A DNA stretch of 64,000 bases from Lama glama (taxonomy: Eukaryota): the NCBI GenBank assembly GCA_028534125.1, contig CM052817.1, positions 19,408,001-19,472,000 of the forward strand, given 5' to 3'. Both the position numbers and the translations under genes were made by a program. Below, one piece after another: positions 13,236 to 25,194 of this stretch (position 1 is the first letter of the stretch; the number at the start of each line of letters is the position of its first letter). Below the pieces are notes generated by a model. That model searched no databases. It was given only the letters and a program-made list of their open reading frames with translations, and was not told the DNA's origin.

Positions 13236-14814
13236 TTAACAAGTTAAATATAATATGACACAAAAGCAGGGTGCTGTAAGACCACTGAGGAGGATCACAA
13301 AAAAGGGGTATGACCTCTAGAAAGGCTGCAAGCTTAGAACCCAAGAAAACAAGAATCTATCGTAAGCAATGTGTTTAAACAATTCTAAGAACATAGACCA
13401 TTTTTCTCATTTATATAATTAGTGCTTTGAAAGAACTATGTATAGGATCTTGAACTTTAAATAGCCTATGATTCTAAGGTATTGTGCCTAGATCATAAAA
13501 TTGCATTTGATAAAATAATGTTTGAAAGTAAGCTTACATCTGATCTGAGGTAGAAAATTGGTGTTTTACTAGACTGACAAATGCATTTTACCTGCCCAAA
13601 TGAATTTCTGATGTTATTTCTACTTCATTTAGAAGTGCTTTAATTAGATGGCTATGGACACATTCTCAAGGTAGTTCTTGTTTCTGAAACAAGATCTGAT
13701 CCATCCACAGACATACATTATTCCAAGGAGGTGCACTCTTGTCTTTGTTATTTGTATTTGAATTGGAACTTGTATCCATGTAGAACATATGAATTAAAGA
13801 TGCATTCATAGAGAAAAGGAGAAAGAAAAAAGGAAACAAAAGAAAGAGGGAAAGAAGGAAATCTTAAGTTTTATGTGCTCCTCAACTCGAATTATACAAT
13901 CTATAGACTGCAAAAGAGATAAAATGCTATTTTGTGACATTACTGAAGTTAAAGATTTATCCTATACTCAGTAATTTTCAAATAAATCAAGTTACAAAAT
14001 TTTATTTGAGATCTTCCAAAGAGATTGTAAGGAACTAAGGCAGATAGAGAGAGCATACTTAGGACTGAGGTGGTAGAGTCCCATTTGAATTTTAAGGAAA
14101 AACACCTGTATTGGGATATCTTTACCTTAAGTATAATTTTTAAAGATTACTTTCAGTAGCTATTGTTGATAAGATAACCATGAGAATTCCGCTTCAGTTT
14201 TATATCTGATAAATACAAAGAAACGCAAAGAGAAACTGATTATTAATTTGCCCTCTTGTGAAATGCTGACTATAAATTTAATCTCAGATAACAACACAGA
14301 GAAAGATTATTAGTTTTGAGGAATCTGGTGTCTCATATATTTGCCACAGATTGTTATCATCGTCACTAGAGAGAATGTTAAACATGTAAATTACTATGTA
14401 TCGTAAAGATAATGTCTAGTTAAAAAGCCAGTTTGAAAATCACTTCTTTTTTAAAAAAAAAAGCTTAAAAAATGATATTCTGTTTGACATATCTTTAAAA
14501 TAGAAACTCATGATTTCCTTTAGTTGAAGATGATTATTATAATAAAGTATATTATTTACTAAAATCTTCTCAGTGCCAGAAATATTCATTCACTCATTCA
14601 TTCAACAAATAATTGTCTAGTACTTATGGTGTGCTAGTTACTGTCCTAGGCAGTGAATAAAGCAGTTCAAGGAGGTCACATTTTATTGGGACAAAGCAGG
14701 TAGCAAATAAATAAAAATACATATTGAACGTGTCAGTCTGTTATGTAGAAGAGTAAAACATGGAATAAGGGTGGAGACTGATAATGGGAGGATGGATGCG
14801 GCTTTATGTAGAGT

Positions 14815-15153
14815 AGTATCTTACTCAGCTGGGGCCGCCATAACAGATTAACACAGTCAGGGGGGTTTAAACAACAAGTACTGTTTAAACAACAGTTCTG
14901 GAGTGGGAGGTCCAAGATCAAGGTGCCAGCAGATTCGGTTCCTGGTGACAGCCCTTTTCCTGGCATAGAGATAGCATTTCTTGTTATGTCCTCACACAGT
15001 AGAGAGAGAACAAGTTAGCTCTCTTCCGTTTCTCATCATAGGGACTCCACCTTCGTGATCTAGTTACTTTCCAAAGACCCCACTTCCAAACAGTATCACT
15101 TTAGGGATTCAATATATGAGTTTTGGAGGGACACAAAAATTAAGTCCCTAGCG
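14815..15153 (-). mobile_element. MaLR LTR, MLT1A/MLT1A0-like
   Basis: acagttctggagtgggaggtccaagatcaaggtgccagcagattcggttcctggtga...atatgagttttggagggacacaaa. Confidence 0.8.
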
Positions 15154-15420
15154 GACAGGCAAGAAGGTTTTTTCAATGAAGTGACATTTATGCAAATATA
15201 TGGAAGAAAGAAGGGAGTCAGGCCTGTAGATACCTGGGGAAGATTGTCCTGGAAAAAGGTCCTGAAGTATGAGGTGATTAGCATGTTCAAGCAATAGGGA
15301 AAAAGCCAATGATGAAATGAATGGAGGCAGAGGACACTGACAGAGGGTAGTGTAGTTGGGTAGTGACGCCGGTGGTTTTGTAAGCCAGGGAAAAGGACTT
15401 TGACAAATAGGAGTTGAAGA

Positions 15421-15457
15421 GGGGGTATACCTCAGTGGTAGAGCATTTGACTGCAGA
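15421..15457 (+). pseudogene. Tailless retropseudogene of the 5' half of tRNA-Cys(GCA)
   Basis: GGGGGTATACCTCAGTGGTAGAGCATTTGACTGCAGA matches recalled mammalian tRNA-Cys-GCA nt 1-37 at 36/37 positions. It stops at the anticodon loop, has no poly(A), and is flanked by a perfect 17-bp direct repeat GACAAATAGGAGTTGAA (15402-15418 and 15456-15472). Confidence 0.9.
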
Positions 15458-15483
15458 CAAATAGGAGTTGAATTCAGCATACA

Positions 15484-15988
15484 TTTTTTTTTATTGAAGT
15501 ATAGTCTGTTTACAATGTTGTGTTAGTTTCTGGTGTACAGCATAGTGATTCAGTTTTATATATATATATATAAACAAATTATAAATATAAATATACAAAT
15601 ATATATGTATACACACATACACACACATTCTTTTTCATTATAGGCTATTGCAGGATATTGAATATAGTTCCTGGTGCTATACAGTAGGACCTTGTTTATC
15701 TATTTTATATATAGTAGAGAGTATCTGCAAATCCCGAACTCCAAATTTATCCCTCCACATCCCTTCTCCACTAGTAACCATAAGATTGTTTTCTATGTCT
15801 ATGAGTCTGTTTCTGTTTTGTAACTAAGTTCATTTGTGTTATGTTTTAGATTCCACATATAAGTGATAGCATATGGCACTTTTCTTTCTCTTTCTGGCTG
15901 ACTTCACTTAGTATGCTAATCTCCAGGTCCATTCATGTTGCTGCAAATGGCATTATTTCATTCATTTTTATGGCTGAGTAGTATTCCA

Positions 15989-16041
<53 letters not shown>

Positions 16042-16186
16042 TGTGTGTGTGTATACCATGACATCTTTATCTAGTCATCTGTTGATGGACATTTAGGTTG
16101 CTTTCATGTCTTGGTTATTGTTAATAGTGCTATTATGAACATTGAGGTGCATGTATCTTTTTGAATTACAGTTTCCTCTGGATATA
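15484..16186 (-). mobile_element. 5'-truncated L1 (3' UTR and end of ORF2), artiodactyl-type
   Basis: Poly(T), then ttattgaagtatagtc...tacaatgttgtgttagtttctggtgtacagcatagtgattc, ttagattccacatataagtgat, tggctgagtagtattcca and gatggacatttaggttg. Confidence 0.92.
15990..16052. repeat. (TG)n microsatellite inside L1
   Basis: Direct reading. Confidence 0.95.
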
Positions 16187-16759
16187 CATATTTAACTTAG
16201 AAAAAACAGCTTTAAGGACTGTATGTAGATTGTGAGATTTGTGATAAGTTATCCAATGATGACTCCAAGTTTTTTGTCGTAAAGCAACTGGTCAAATGCA
16301 GTTACCATATACTGAGGTGGGGAGGATTATAAGGCAGACTAACTGGGGAAGTCACTGAATTTAGCTTTGTAATTGCTGTTTTGAGATATCAATTAGATAT
16401 CCAGATGGAAATTTCAAGAAGGTGGTTGAACATCAGAATCTTGAGTTTAGTATAAGATCAGGACTAGAAGGGTACATTCATAGATAAAGTCTTACAAAAA
16501 CTATTAGTGGAAACATTATTCTTCCTAATATGTAGATCAAAAAACTGAGATCTATATTGTTTAATTGATTTTCTAATAATGGAACTCTAAGTTAATCCAG
16601 CTCTATCTGATGGTATATACCATGGTCTTTCTTTTAATATGGCTTAAGTTCTAGACATTAAATATTCAAAATAAACCAACTCCAATGTAATATTAAGAAG
16701 GAAAACTTCTTAATTATCCATCCTCCTTCTTTGTGGAAAGTCTGACCCAAAGGAACGTG

Positions 16760-17135
16760 AATTCATTTACTAAGTCATTAACAGTGTGTATTGAGCTCCT
16801 TTATATGCCAGACAGAAAGACAGGTTGTGTCTCTGACTTCATAAAGCTTAGTTCAATAAATGGATAACTACTAGTGTATACTTTCAGATTAAACTGAGTG
16901 CTTTCATACCATTGAGAAAATGAGTTTGAGAATGAGTAGTCAGGGAAAACCTCTACTTAAGTGGACTACCAAGTACTGAGAAAAAAACCAAACATGTCTA
17001 AATCCAGGAGTGGACATGGGAGAATGGTCGGGGATCCGTATTAGCAAGTTATTGCAGGTGTTGGAGATGGAGTGGAGGAGAGGGGAGCCAGAGGACTTAT
17101 CAAGCAGATGGAATAGCAAGTAAAAAGTTCCTGAA
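16760..17135 (-). mobile_element. L2 fragment
   Basis: tattgagctcctttatatgccagac...ctctgacttcataaagcttag...gaatagcaagtaaaaagttcctga. Confidence 0.45.
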
Positions 17136-20100
17136 CTAAGAGGGTCACCAGTTAAAATTCATTTTTATTTGCTGCCAGTTATTTTTAAATAATTTAGAGA
17201 CACTCACATCTTTCTGGTCTATAGATTTCTTATTAAAGTTGCCTCCGATAGATTCATGGATCCCCACACTAAACCCCACATGTACACACCTAAGAAACAT
17301 TAGCATGACTTGTGATCTTCAAAAGCATGATGTTAATCTTTATTCCAGCAGCGTGAGATGGTGAGAAAGATTGAGAATTCAAGATAGGTATGTTGTAAGT
17401 CATGGAAATCAGAAAGCTGATGAAGCTCAACAGAAGAATGAAACCAAAATCCTTCCTCCTGCTGTGTTGCATTAGGAGAGAAAATATTTCTGTGACATAT
17501 ATTATCTTGGGTCAAAAGGCACTTCTTTGGAAAGATTGTGCTATGTCACATTGCTCTCTGTGGGGTCCCTCTGGTGAGGGCAATGAAATTCTTCTAGCTC
17601 TCAGCAGCCAGACGGATGCTTGTCTTTTCTGGATTACCCTACGTGCCAAAGAATTCCCAAAACTTCTGCGAGAAAGGGCTTTCCATTAGCTTTGGGGACC
17701 TACCTAAATTTTTCTAATACTCAGATATTTTGGATGTGGAATCTATGCCTCTGACTACAGTGCCAATTGAAAAGGAGAGTCTGGAAAAAAAAATTATGAA
17801 ATCAACTGTTAGTAAAGGATAAACATATCAATATATTCCAGAAGGCACCTGATAAATCCACGGAAAATACATATATTCTGGGTCCGATGGAAGAAAACAA
17901 CAAAGACATCCATTATTTCAGAGATCAATGTGGATAAATAAATACACCTAAGTGGCAGTTTAATTAACTCAAATGCATATGCAGTCCATATCACCAATGA
18001 TTTTAGAATAAACTCTGCAAATACTTTCTGAGGCCAGAATATAATTAAATGTTTCAATGCTTATATGGAGAAAAAAATAGACCTAAACTTCAAGAAACCC
18101 AAATAAAATCTACATTTACAGAGAGTGTTCCAGGTAACAATGCATGTGTTCATATTTTACCTTTCATATTTTATCACTGGTAAATTATTAGTCTCAATTT
18201 AAGGTTCACAGAGGATAAGGAAGCTTCCAGATTTCAGAAAATAATAAATGATAGATCCAAGGTGCAGAACTCGATCCTAGTATAGAAGAACTCTAAATTT
18301 CACAATTCTTCCTAAATGGAAGAAAGCCATAATTGGTTAGTTGCGTTCACCAGGCCACTTCCCCATGTTCTCACTTCCTGTTCATGTTACACTGAGTGGG
18401 GAAAAAAGGAAAATAAACACCACAATGTTTAATTACAGTCATCCTTTAGTTCCATGATTTCACATTTAATTTATAGAAATTAAAATATTACAAATTGAAT
18501 AAACTTTATCTTCCGTATTACACATGGCATCCAGTTTCTTCAGGATTTGGGTCATATCTAGATAAATAATTTCTTTCAATTAACCATAAAAATAGTAAAA
18601 TAACTGATGTTGCTTTTCTTGAAGAAACTATTCATAATATCCACATTAAGAACGCCAAGGTCTTGCTCAAACATAATGATATTTTAAAGTCGAATGAATC
18701 TTAGTATTTAGAGAGAAGGCTATTCTCTTAGAAAAGTACCTGCAATTGTACAGAAAGCCTCCACAAACTAATTATATTCTAAATTTAAATTGTATCCTAA
18801 ATAGAATTAAATTTATAAACTCTTCAATGGGGAAAAACCAAAAGCCACAAATCAAAAAACTTGGAAAAGGAGAATAGGTCCTGGAAAATAATTCATTTCC
18901 AATGGGAACGAATCTTCCATAAAGATTTTACTCTAGTCACTTGCGGGAAGTTTTCTATTATGCTCTATCTCAATTTTTCCAAGAGAAGAGAAACACAAAA
19001 CAGGTTCTCCTTTATAGAAAGAGGAAACAAAAGAAAGGAGCAGATTGCACTGCATGGAAAGGTGGTATATGAGTTTTTAAATAGAACTGACAAAAGCTGA
19101 CTGCTTTTCTAGATTGGATTAGACAGAACAGAAATTCTGCACAGCAAGAGGACTTCAGAGGCAAAAGGCTGTCTCAAAATTTGAAGGAAAAAGGCTTATT
19201 AGTAATTGGATATCTATGGTAATTTTTCTAAGTGATATATATAATAATTTTTTCTGTAAACTTATAAATGTGATGTTAAATCTTTTGAACTCTGTGCTAC
19301 TCATGAACACAGAAGAATCGATTACTTCTTTCTCTATGATGTCAACACAGTTTATAATTATCTTTAACTTTGCATTGTCCTACTGTGTGGGTTGCCAAAT
19401 ATTTTCTGGACTGGGTTATCCAAACCTTTTCAATCCAACTTGTAATTTGTAACTTTGATTTCTTTTCAATCAATCCAATTAAAATTCAAGAAAATAATAA
19501 GGACATCAACCAGTCTTCTAAGACTCTAACTATCTTGGTTTCAAACAGGATATTCTCATAATATAGATCTCCTTTTCTTCAAGAGGCATATGACTGATGG
19601 CCAGTGTGATGTTAGTGAATTCACCTGGATTAGGCACATGAATTCCTAACTTTCTCCTCTTGGGAAAGCCAGAGAAGAAACCATACTGAAGGATTTCTTT
19701 GTTAGCTCCCCCCTCGCTGCAGCCTTCAAAACAGAGCCAGCTCCTGACTGGTCCAATGCCCTGCCAATCTGTAATATAAGAAGCAGAGATTCCTGGGTAA
19801 TCATTTTATATCCTTACAAAACTAAGCCATAGGGGTGGTGTCTAATTATTTTCCAAGCTCAGTTGCTTTATTTTACTGATTGATACAAACGGTACCTAAC
19901 ACAAGAAAGAAAATGACCTGATCTGTACAGAGTCACCTTTGAATCTTTTTGTTCACCAATGGCAAAGCCATATACTATATATTTTCCCTTTCAACTCCCT
20001 TAAAAGCAATATCTAATTAGATGAATGCTTTGACAAGGAGGAAACCAGGGTCACTTTTTTAAAAAGAAGAAATTTCATAGTGATTATAAGGCTATGTGAG

Positions 20101-21387
20101 AGCTGTGATACATTAAAGACACACTGATGATAATAATAATATAATCATAATAAAAGCACTGGTTTAAATTGACAGACTTTAGAGGGGAAAATGATGGTCT
20201 GGGTCAACTGGTCTAGTAGTTAATGACACTGACATCTTAACCTTCCCTTAGCCTGACGCATTTGCAAGCATCTGAACCCACCAGGGATTTAATTTTTACT
20301 AAGTTTTTTTTTTTTCCAGAAACCATGATGATTACTAATCAACAATCATATTTTAATAGTTTCTTCACAGTGGTTTTCTGATGCAGCATGAATAATTGCC
20401 TACCATATGCATCGCTCAACTTTCATAACAAACCTCAGCTACTGAATTGAAAACTAAACATGCTAATCTATTCACTGCACTGAGCTCATGCATGAAGTGC
20501 AAGAGAATGTCAGAGAAGTTATCCTTTTCTTTACATAGCCTTTATTTTTTCCCTCCATTCTCTCTTCAAGCTTTTCAGCACATCACCTTCACCACCAACG
20601 ACCACTACAGGAGGTGGTAGCCTGGGCTTCTAGCTGATCCCATTAGCGGACCCCCAGTATCGATAGTTCTTGACTCATAAGTGGAAGTGAAAATTATTGG
20701 TTATACCCATCCTTTGCCCTGGAATAAATGTGCTTGCACGCCTCAGAATACTTTGTATTTCTTTACTCAAAACAGGACAGTAATTGTAAAGACCAAGAAG
20801 CTAAGGCCAAGTGTCCTAGCAAAAGGGGGAGTGTGCACTAAAAAATTACTGACGGAGAGGGTAGCTGCTTCTATTCAGAGCTGTTGGTTCTTCCATAGTA
20901 TAAGTACTAAGTTGACATTACTTGCAGGTGCTAGCCATGGTTTTCTCAAAAAATTGTTCATTTTTACACTTTGAAGTGATAAAACTCCCTCTTTCCTGGT
21001 ACATGTTTCCAGTGCATCTGTAGAGTCCTCAGAAAGCAGGGAGACAATGTTCAGAGTGAACAGTATTTATGGATCTAAAAAACCCTTTGAGCTGTAAAGA
21101 ATGAAAAATAGGTATTATGACCTAGTGATGAAAGTATCAAGTGCAGGGCTTCCCCAAGGGGATTTAAGGCACACAATTTATAGAGGATTAAGCTAAAGGG
21201 CAGAGCCAAATAGAATATTTGGTGGGGTTGGCTAATAATAGCAGAGTCCCTTATGGAAAGTGTCCGCTGCTGATTTCTGTCCCCTCACTCTGCTGCTCTG
21301 CTCTCTCTCTACCTCCTCCCTCCACTCCTCCAACTTCAATAAAGAATCTGTTCCCCACAGAAGTTTCATTCAAAGTGATTCACTGTG

Positions 21388-21615
21388 TTTGGAGTCAGTC
21401 GGGTTTAAATCGTACTTCCATCCATGACTAACCTGGGTGACTCTGGCAAGTTGTTTTTAGTGGTGGTTCCTCTTTCAAAGTTTGTTTCCTAACTTGGAAA
21501 ATGTTGATAATTATAGTAACTCCTTTATATGAAAGTAGTAGAGTTAAACGGGTTACCATAGATGTCAAGTATTTGCAAGCTGGTTGGCACACAGTAGGTA
21601 CCCAATAAATAGTGT
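21388..21615 (+). mobile_element. MIR
   Basis: ttggagtcag...gggtttaaatc...gtgactctggcaagtt...aaaatg...ataattatagtaac...tggcacacagtaggtacccaataaat. Confidence 0.7.
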
Positions 21616-22269
21616 CAATGAATACTAGATCTTATGTCGTGGAGAGAAAAACAATTGCCCATTGAATACATTGGTACCTCTACCTGGCTCTAGGCTTTCT
21701 TGGTCCGGTGGCTTTTTTTTTTCTCATGAGCATGAGTCACGGGGATATTGTATTCTTCATGAGGCTAGCAAGTGCCATCAGCACCAGTTTTCAACTTCCC
21801 TGGGCAGTTGAAATCAAGCTGTAAGATGTTTGTCTTTCTAATAGAAAACAAGGTCATTTTCATTAAAACAAATGACATAAGTGCAGACAGATGTCACCAG
21901 CACTTTTACAAAGTTCCTATAACAATGGGGAATGGAAAAAGTAGAAACTCTCTCCTGGTGAACATTCTAAGGTGAATCCAGCAGTGCCTGGCCCCAGTGC
22001 ATCTCTCCAAAGTTGATAGAACCCATCATGTTACCTGTTAACTATGGACTCTGTCTGAGATTACAAATGTGTACACGTAACAGTTACACTGTTGGTTTAA
22101 GACATTTGCTGCACTCATTGTGATCATCTTTATCATCGCCATCAGCAGCAGCAGCATAACAATCATCATTAGAATGGTGTTAAAAATGTCTTAAATGTGG
22201 TGAAAAGAATAAAAATGGGTAGCACTTTGTTCCACCCTCTCAGGTGCTTATAATTTAGGTGGTTATATA

Positions 22270-22635
22270 ATAATAAGACCTAAAATGTATAACTCCAACC
22301 CAAACTAGCTCCCTGTCTTCCAACTCTGCTATATATTTGCCTATTTAGCAATTCTACTTGGCTCTGTAAAAGGCAATTCAGACTCTAAAAAGACAAAATC
22401 AAACTCTTAATCCTTTTCCATAACTCATTCCTGTTATTACAGTTTCCTATGTAAGTAGAGTTTCGAGCTAACAGAGTGTTCAGATCCAGAACCTTGGACA
22501 ATCTTTTAATTTCTCTATTTTCACTATAATACACATTGAATCTGTAAGAAACTGCTATTACAGTTTCTTATAGAAACTCCAAGGTATATTTTACATCCAT
22601 CTCCACTACCAGTATCTTAGCCCAAGTCAACATCT
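22270..22635 (+). mobile_element. L2 internal fragment
   Basis: Pyrimidine-rich L2-like blocks: ctccaactctgctatatatttgcctatttagcaattctacttgg, aaatcaaactcttaatc, ccatctccactacc. Confidence 0.55.
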
Positions 22636-23118
22636 TTATATAAAGTATGTAAATATCCATGGATTAGAATATATTTCCTTGACATTAGCATTTGTTTTAT
22701 ATTCACAATACATGATCCACCTGAAATTTCAATCAAGAGGGCTTCAGAAGCAGCAGAGCCAACCAACAGAAAAAAAAAGTAACAAAATTAAAGGTCTAAT
22801 CATGGTTTTACCTCTACTTTTTAACCATGATTAAATGGTTTAATCAGTTAAAAAAAAAATAAAAACTGTTTTGCCTAAATTACCCCTTTGTAAAATGTGC
22901 GTATCACATTTGTATTATAGGACACTTTATTGTGATCTTTTTCTCCCCCTTGCTCTGGTATGTCAGATTAAAAAAATAAAAACTCACAGTGATTTTATCT
23001 TCCCACTTTCCTTTTACAAAAGTCATTCTTTAAAGCACCTTGGAGGGACTGACTGGAGGGTGTGAAAGGAGGATTAAAAATTTCTTTCTACTTTGAAAGC
23101 CTCATTAGATGATCCTCC

Positions 23119-24108
23119 TGTTAGCAGTTGAAAGACTCCCCCTTAGAATGGAGATCTTACAAAAGGTGGGTTCTTGTCTGCTGACTGGAAAGAATTCATA
23201 GCTGAGGCACAGGGACAGAGTAATAGCTGCTTTATTTCTCAAAAGAGGAAAAGGAAGAAGCACTCAAGCAAGGAAAAAGGAAGAAAAGCCTTGAATGAGG
23301 AAAAGGCGTTCGAGCAGAGCTCCATCAGCCAAGATGGTCAGTAGAGACAGTTTGGCCTGGGTCAGGTCATGTGGACTTTTATGAAAGGCTTCTGCCATTA
23401 TGTCCTCTTTCCCGATGTGATGAATCCAGTCAGTCCTTGTATGGGCTTTTCCAGTGGGTTGTCATGGCAATCAACTGTCATGGTACTGGTGCGTGTGTCA
23501 TTTATAATGCTAATACATTACAGTGAGTGTATAATGAGGCTCAAGGTCCATAGGAAGTCAAACCCTCCACCATTTTGGGCTCTGTTGATTCTAACCAGTT
23601 CTTATTTCTTCTCATTGCACCTGACTCCTGAGACTTAGATAAGAGTCATTGGTTTCTAGGAGAGGAAGGGACAGGGTTATGTATGGTCCTGGGGACAATA
23701 TCCTTGGTAACAGAAAGGAAAATTGCTTTTACTCAGAATGCTTGCAATCTGGTGGACCCAATGTTCACCCCAATAAACCGTCTCTGATGATTCTGCTCAG
23801 TCATAAACAAGAGGCAAGGGTTGGCAAGGTGGGGGAGGGGCTTAGTTCCTGCAGAAGAACTTAAAGATAATATTATGTATATTCCTCAAGGAGGAACCAG
23901 GACTCTGCCACAGGTCTACACTACTTCTTCTCTGCTCCCCCCCTTGTCTCTGCATTCCCTCCCTTCCCTGATTAGCAACTGTTTGAATCTACCCTTTGGA
24001 ACTCAAGGAAGGTCAAGGAGACTGCAGGAAGCCTATATATTTCAAAAAAGAAATGGGGACAGAAAGAATTTGTACCAGGGAGGGCCCACAGGGTCCAGCT
24101 TACTTTCA
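23119..24108 (-). mobile_element. ERV1-class solo LTR, 990 bp, possibly composite
   Basis: TG...CA termini with a perfect 4-bp TSD CTCC (23115-23118 and 24109-24112). Minus-strand AATAAA at 23231-23236. Confidence 0.85.
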
Positions 24109-24589
24109 CTCCAGCTAGATGCTTTGAGAAGAAGCCAGTGAAAAATAACAAAAGTGGGAGAACTGAGCATTGAAGCCTTTCTAAGCTACTGTACTGAATG
24201 ATACTTTTCCCAAAATATGAATTCCTGATTCCCACTTATACACATGAGATGAGGGATGGCAGACTTTTTATACTAAGCTTCTTGTCTTGCAAACAGAATC
24301 ATTGATCCATTGTGAAAGAGTCTACAGTCAGACAGTAGGTCTCCTGGGAAGACATCCCAGTTCTTTACCCTGGAAAATGTCATCTGATAGTATGTGGAGG
24401 GACAGTTTGGCAGCATTTTGCAACCAAAGTATATCAAGGATGGTGATCATCATGGACCAGTTCTCATTCTTTAGAGACACAATTTCATTCAGTTGGAGAA
24501 AGAGTCCAATGATAACTAATACTGGACTTCTCATCAAACCTGGTTAAGTGGAAACTGAACCTAATATTTAAATAAAATAAAATAAAACA

Positions 24590-24725
24590 CTTTTATTAGT
24601 TGAATCAATAAAAATAATTATCAGTGCTGAATTTATGCCAGGATCCCTAGCAAACATAGCGGTATCAATAAGATATAATGAATAAAAACATAAGTAGGCC
24701 CTATCCTTATGAAATTTATACACTG
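24590..24725 (-). mobile_element. L2 3' fragment
   Basis: tatcagtgctgaatttatgccagg...aatgaataaaaaca...ccctatccttatgaaatttatac. Confidence 0.45.
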
Positions 24726-25194
24726 ATAATTTCTCAGGTGGACTTTTATCCAATGTACCTAACTCCCCAAATACTGAATTTGTTATTCTACATTTATTTA
24801 ATCAATAAGCAACTATTTTCCTACCTGATATTTTCAATAATTACTTCAGTAACTTTTCTCAATCAATCCAAATCTGTCACTTCGATTTCAAGATTATCCA
24901 TTACCTGTCTTTTAATTTCACTCATTTTTAAATCCTAATTGCTACTATAATAAAGAATTTGTTTCCATCCTCAGTGTTTTCATCCTAGTTGAGAAGGCAG
25001 TTTTGTAATATGCTTTGGTAATTTATGCCCTTCATAAAAACTCATTTCAATCTGCCAGCATTTATCAATTATCTACCAAGAACAGTCCAGTCTGTGGACT
25101 TCTCTTTGGTATTTAATCAATTTTTTTTCAATTTTTTTGATTGGTTGATTTCTGGCATTATAATAGAATAAAAATTCTTGAGTGCCTCTTACAG

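Larger units (their letters stand above)
14585..16470 (-). mobile_element. L2 relic interrupted by younger insertions
   Basis: Starts with the antisense L2 3' terminus (ttcattcactcattcattcaacaaataatt). L2-like sequence resumes at about 15155-15400 and 16190-16470 around the MLT1A, tRNA-half and L1 inserts. Confidence 0.65.

Noticed and set aside
15421..15457. Functional tRNA gene, or a truncated camelid SINE
   Set aside because: It lacks the 3' half (T-arm, B box, acceptor 3' strand), so it is not functional. The segment CATTTGACTGCAGA matches tRNA-Cys, not the SINE head CACATGCTTAGCATG seen at 1431-1576.
24287..24547. Overlapping sense and antisense ORFs next to the LTR
   Set aside because: No homology recognised, non-ATG starts, and lengths within chance expectation.
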